In this document: one piece after another, positions 59,527-64,000 of the stretch
Layout: every line of letters begins with the position of its first letter
Position numbering within the stretch: position 1 is the stretch's first letter
Source: Actinomycetes bacterium
GTDB lineage: Bacteria > Actinomycetota > Actinomycetes > S36-B12
Reading direction: 5' to 3'
Assembly (NCBI GenBank): GCA_024639145.1
Contig: JAHEIZ010000002.1
Coordinates: forward strand, 155,027 to 219,026
DNA: 64,000 bases
Position numbers and translations under genes: made by a program
Notes under the pieces: generated by a model
Databases searched by the model: none
The model's input: the letters and a program-made list of their open reading frames with translations, nothing else
What the model was told of the DNA's origin: nothing

Positions 59527-61421
59527 TGGCAATCACACTCTCGGCAGCGCAGCTGACCCCGGTCCTGCACCTGGTTACCTGCGGTTCTGTCGATGACGGC
59601 AAGTCGACACTCATCGGTCGTCTCCTCGCGGAGACTGGCTCTGTGCCGCTCGACACCCTTGACTATGCCCGGCGCACGCGCCGCGGTGGCTCCACCGTTC
59701 CGGTCGGCGAGATCGACTACTCGCTGTTGACTGATGGGCTTGAGGCGGAACGCGAGCAGGGCATCACCATCGACGTTGCCTACCGTCACATGAACCTTCC
59801 GAACGGCCGCCGCGTCCTCGTGGCCGACTCGCCCGGTCACGAGCAGTACACGCGAAACATGGCGGTGGCTGCCTCGAACGGCGACGTGGCGATCTTGATG
59901 GTCGATGCCGCTCGCGGTGTCCGAGCCCAGACTCATCGTCACCTCACCATCTGCGCACTCATGGGCGTGAAGACCATCATCGTCGCCGTGAACAAGATGG
60001 ATTTGGTTTCCTACGAGCACGCCACCTATGAAGAGATCTCGGGTTCTGTGCGCGCGGCGGCAGCACGACTCGATGTGGCCGAGATCATCACGATTCCAGT
60101 GAGCGCGTTCTCAGGTGACAACATCACCGTTGCCAGCACCAATATGCCCTGGTACCAAGGGCCCACTCTGCTGGGTGCACTCGAGGAGTGGGAGCCCGTG
60201 CCCTCCGAGGCCGCGGCGAACGGCACTGAGCCCTTCAGGTTCCCCGTTCAGTTCATCGTGCGTGCTGACGGCAACTTCCGCGGATATGCGGGCACGGTTG
60301 TCTCGGGTTCGGTTGCGCGCGGCGACTCGATCGTCATCGCCGACAGCGGTCGCCCGGCCGTGGTCGATCGCATCGTGACTTATGACCTCCACACCGACGG
60401 GCATATCAAGGATCTCGATCGTGCCGAATGGGGGCAGGCCGTCACGATCACGCTCGACAGAGAGGTCGATGTGACGCGCGGTGATGTCATCACCGGCGCC
60501 GACGGCGATTCCTTGGAGCCTGCTGATCGCTTTGCAGTCGACATGGTGTGGCTGGGGGAGGAGCCCCTCGCACATGGTCGCTCCTACCTGCTCATCTCCG
60601 GGTCTCGATCCGTGCCGGCCACCGTCACGAACGTTCGTCACAAGACAGATGTCGTCACGGGACACCACGATGCCGCGCGCATCCTGGAGATGAATGACAT
60701 CGGCCGGGTAGAGGTTGCCACTGACAAGCCGGTTCCACTTGACACCTATGCAATGTGCCGCGACACCGGTGGCTTCCTCCTTGTCGACCGAGTTACGGCA
60801 GATACGGTCGCCGCGGGCATGGTGGTGCATTCGATGCGTCGTTCGGCCAACGTGAAGTATCACGACTACGCAGTTGATCATGAGGCTCGTAAGCTCCTCA
60901 TGGGTCACGATGCCAAGGTCGTCTGGCTGACAGGGCTGTCTGGAGCGGGCAAGTCGACCATCGCCGATGCGACTGTTCGCAAGCTGCATTCGTTGGGCGT
61001 GCACACGTATGTTCTTGATGGTGACAACGTGCGTCATGGTCTCAATAAGGATCTCGGCTTCACTCCGGAGGACAGGGCCGAGAACGTTCGGCGCGTCGCG
61101 GAGGTGAGCAAGCTGATGCGTGACTCCGGTGTCGTCGTACTGGTGGCGCTGGTCTCGCCCTTCACCGCGGATCGCCGAGCGGCGAAGGAGCTCTTCGAGC
61201 CCGGCGAATTCCTCGAGGTGTTCGTCGACACGCCCCTCGCCGTTGCTCAGGAGCGAGATCCGAAGGGCCTGTACGCGAAGGCGGCGGCCGGAAAACTGCC
61301 GAATATGACGGGCGTCGGGCAGGACTACGAGATCCCTGTGCACCCCGATCTCGTCCTGGCGGGCAACGGCGACCTTGATGCTTCTGTGGACTCGCTCGTC
61401 AAGGCCATCCTGGGCGAGTAG
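59526..61421 (+). CDS. cysNC: Bifunctional sulfate adenylyltransferase subunit 1 / adenylylsulfate kinase
   Basis: CGSVDDGKSTLIGRLL, EREQGITIDVAYR, DSPGHEQYTRNM, NKMD; C-terminal WLTGLSGAGKST, LDGDNVRHGL, RDPKGLY. Confidence 0.97.
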   Translation: MAITLSAAQLTPVLHLVTCGSVDDGKSTLIGRLLAETGSVPLDTLDYARRTRRGGSTVPVGEIDYSLLTDGLEAEREQGITIDVAYRHMNLPNGRRVLVADSPGHEQYTRNMAVAASNGDVAILMVDAARGVRAQTHRHLTICALMGVKTIIVAVNKMDLVSYEHATYEEISGSVRAAAARLDVAEIITIPVSAFSGDNITVASTNMPWYQGPTLLGALEEWEPVPSEAAANGTEPFRFPVQFIVRADGNFRGYAGTVVSGSVARGDSIVIADSGRPAVVDRIVTYDLHTDGHIKDLDRAEWGQAVTITLDREVDVTRGDVITGADGDSLEPADRFAVDMVWLGEEPLAHGRSYLLISGSRSVPATVTNVRHKTDVVTGHHDAARILEMNDIGRVEVATDKPVPLDTYAMCRDTGGFLLVDRVTADTVAAGMVVHSMRRSANVKYHDYAVDHEARKLLMGHDAKVVWLTGLSGAGKSTIADATVRKLHSLGVHTYVLDGDNVRHGLNKDLGFTPEDRAENVRRVAEVSKLMRDSGVVVLVALVSPFTADRRAAKELFEPGEFLEVFVDTPLAVAQERDPKGLYAKAAAGKLPNMTGVGQDYEIPVHPDLVLAGNGDLDASVDSLVKAILGE

Positions 61422-61508
61422 CCCACGCAGTCCGCACCCGGATCGCCTCACGACGCGCCAGGCACCTCGTTAGGCGCTGCACACTCGATCTGGGATACTC
61501 GGCACGCC

Positions 61509-62617
61509 ATGTCTGCACCCAATTCTGCCTTCGACCCCAAGCAGGTCGCGGCCCTCGACGCCTCGGCCATTGATGCCATGGTGGCTGACGCACTCGCCGC
61601 CATCGCCATGGCAGGTGATCTGGCAGCGATCAAGGAAGTCCGGTTGGCGCACGCCGGTGATCGATCGCCTTTGGCTCTTGCCAATCGTGAGATCGGTGCA
61701 CTTCCGCCCGCCGCGAAAGCGGAGGCCGGGAAGCGCATGGGCGAGGCTCGTGGAGCGATCAAGAGCGCTCTTGAAGCCCGCACCGAGATCCTCGAACTCG
61801 AACGCGACGAACGTGCTCTCGTCGAGGAGGCCGTCGATGTCACCCTGCCCGTGGATCGGGCGCCGCTTGGCGCGCGGCATCCGCTCACGACTCTGATGGA
61901 ACGCATCTGCGACGTCTTCATTGCCATGGGCTACGACATTGCCGAGGGCCCCGAAGTCGAATCCGAATGGGTGAACTTCGATGCGTTGAACGTGCCCCCC
62001 GATCATCCGGCGCGCACGATGCAGGACACCTTCTACGTGGGTTCTCCCGAGAGCGGTGTAGTGCTGCGTACCCAGACCTCGCCCATTCAGATCCGGGCGA
62101 TGCTTGAGCGTCCGCTGCCCATCTACGTGGTGGCACCCGGTCGGGTCTTTCGCACCGATGAGCTTGATGCCACTCACACGCCTGTCTTTCACCAGGTGGA
62201 AGGCCTCGCCGTTGATGAGAACATCACGATGGCTGATCTCAAGGGCACCTTGGATCACTTTGCCGCCGAGATGTTCGGCGCGGGCATCGTGACCCGACTT
62301 CGTCCCTCGTACTTCCCTTTCACTGAGCCGAGCGCCGAGCTCGATGTGCAGTGCTTCGTGTGCCGTGGTGCCTCGATCGGGAATCCGGATAGCTCGTGCC
62401 GCACATGCGGCAGTGAAGGCTGGATCGAATGGGGCGGCTGCGGAATGGTAAACCCGCGCGTCCTCGATGCGGTGGGGATCGACTCCGCCAAGTACCGCGG
62501 ATTCGCATTCGGAATGGGAATCGAACGAACTCTGATGTTCCGTAACGGAGTAACTGACATGCGCGACATGGTCGAAGGCGATATTCGATTCAGTCAGGCC
62601 TTCGGAGTGGAGTCCTG

Positions 62618-62618
<1 letters not shown>
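61509..62618 (+). CDS. pheS: Phenylalanine--tRNA ligase alpha subunit
   Basis: [53 protein letters not shown]. Confidence 0.99.

Positions 62619-64000
<1,382 letters not shown>

Noticed and set aside
61422-61508. T-box upstream of pheS (or proS)
   Set aside because: Spacers are too short and have no T-box consensus.

Overview
High-GC actinobacterial chromosome segment, almost all core housekeeping genes on the + strand. In order: a GABA-catabolism unit (partial gabT on -, PucR-family regulator, aldehyde dehydrogenase); dxr-rseP-ispG-GNAT-proS; rimP-nusA-ylxR-infB-rbfA-truB-ribF; gltB-gltD-pyk; pyrR-B-C-carAB-pyrK-D-F-mihF-gmk-rpoZ-coaBC-metK-priA-def-fmt-rsmB; rpe-ribD-E-BA-H-hisE-hisG; infC-rpmI-rplT-trmH; pheS-pheT (partial). 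Two accessory cassettes interrupt conserved order: (i) a five-gene probable D-apiose catabolic unit between rsmB and rpe; (ii) an uncharacterised 2OG/Fe(II) oxygenase-like gene plus cysD-cysNC (PAPS synthesis) between trmH and pheS. Cis-regulatory RNAs seen: PyrR-binding site, SAM-IV riboswitch, L20 leader with terminator; infC probably starts at ATC. Best novelty candidates: a relay of three tiny uORFs ending at a hairpin in the infB (IF2) leader, the oxygenase-cysDNC cassette, and an identically spaced TCC-N5-GGA operator shared by the gabT and aldehyde dehydrogenase promoters. No tRNA, rRNA, CRISPR or mobile element was seen. All homology calls come from motif recognition and recall, not database searches.
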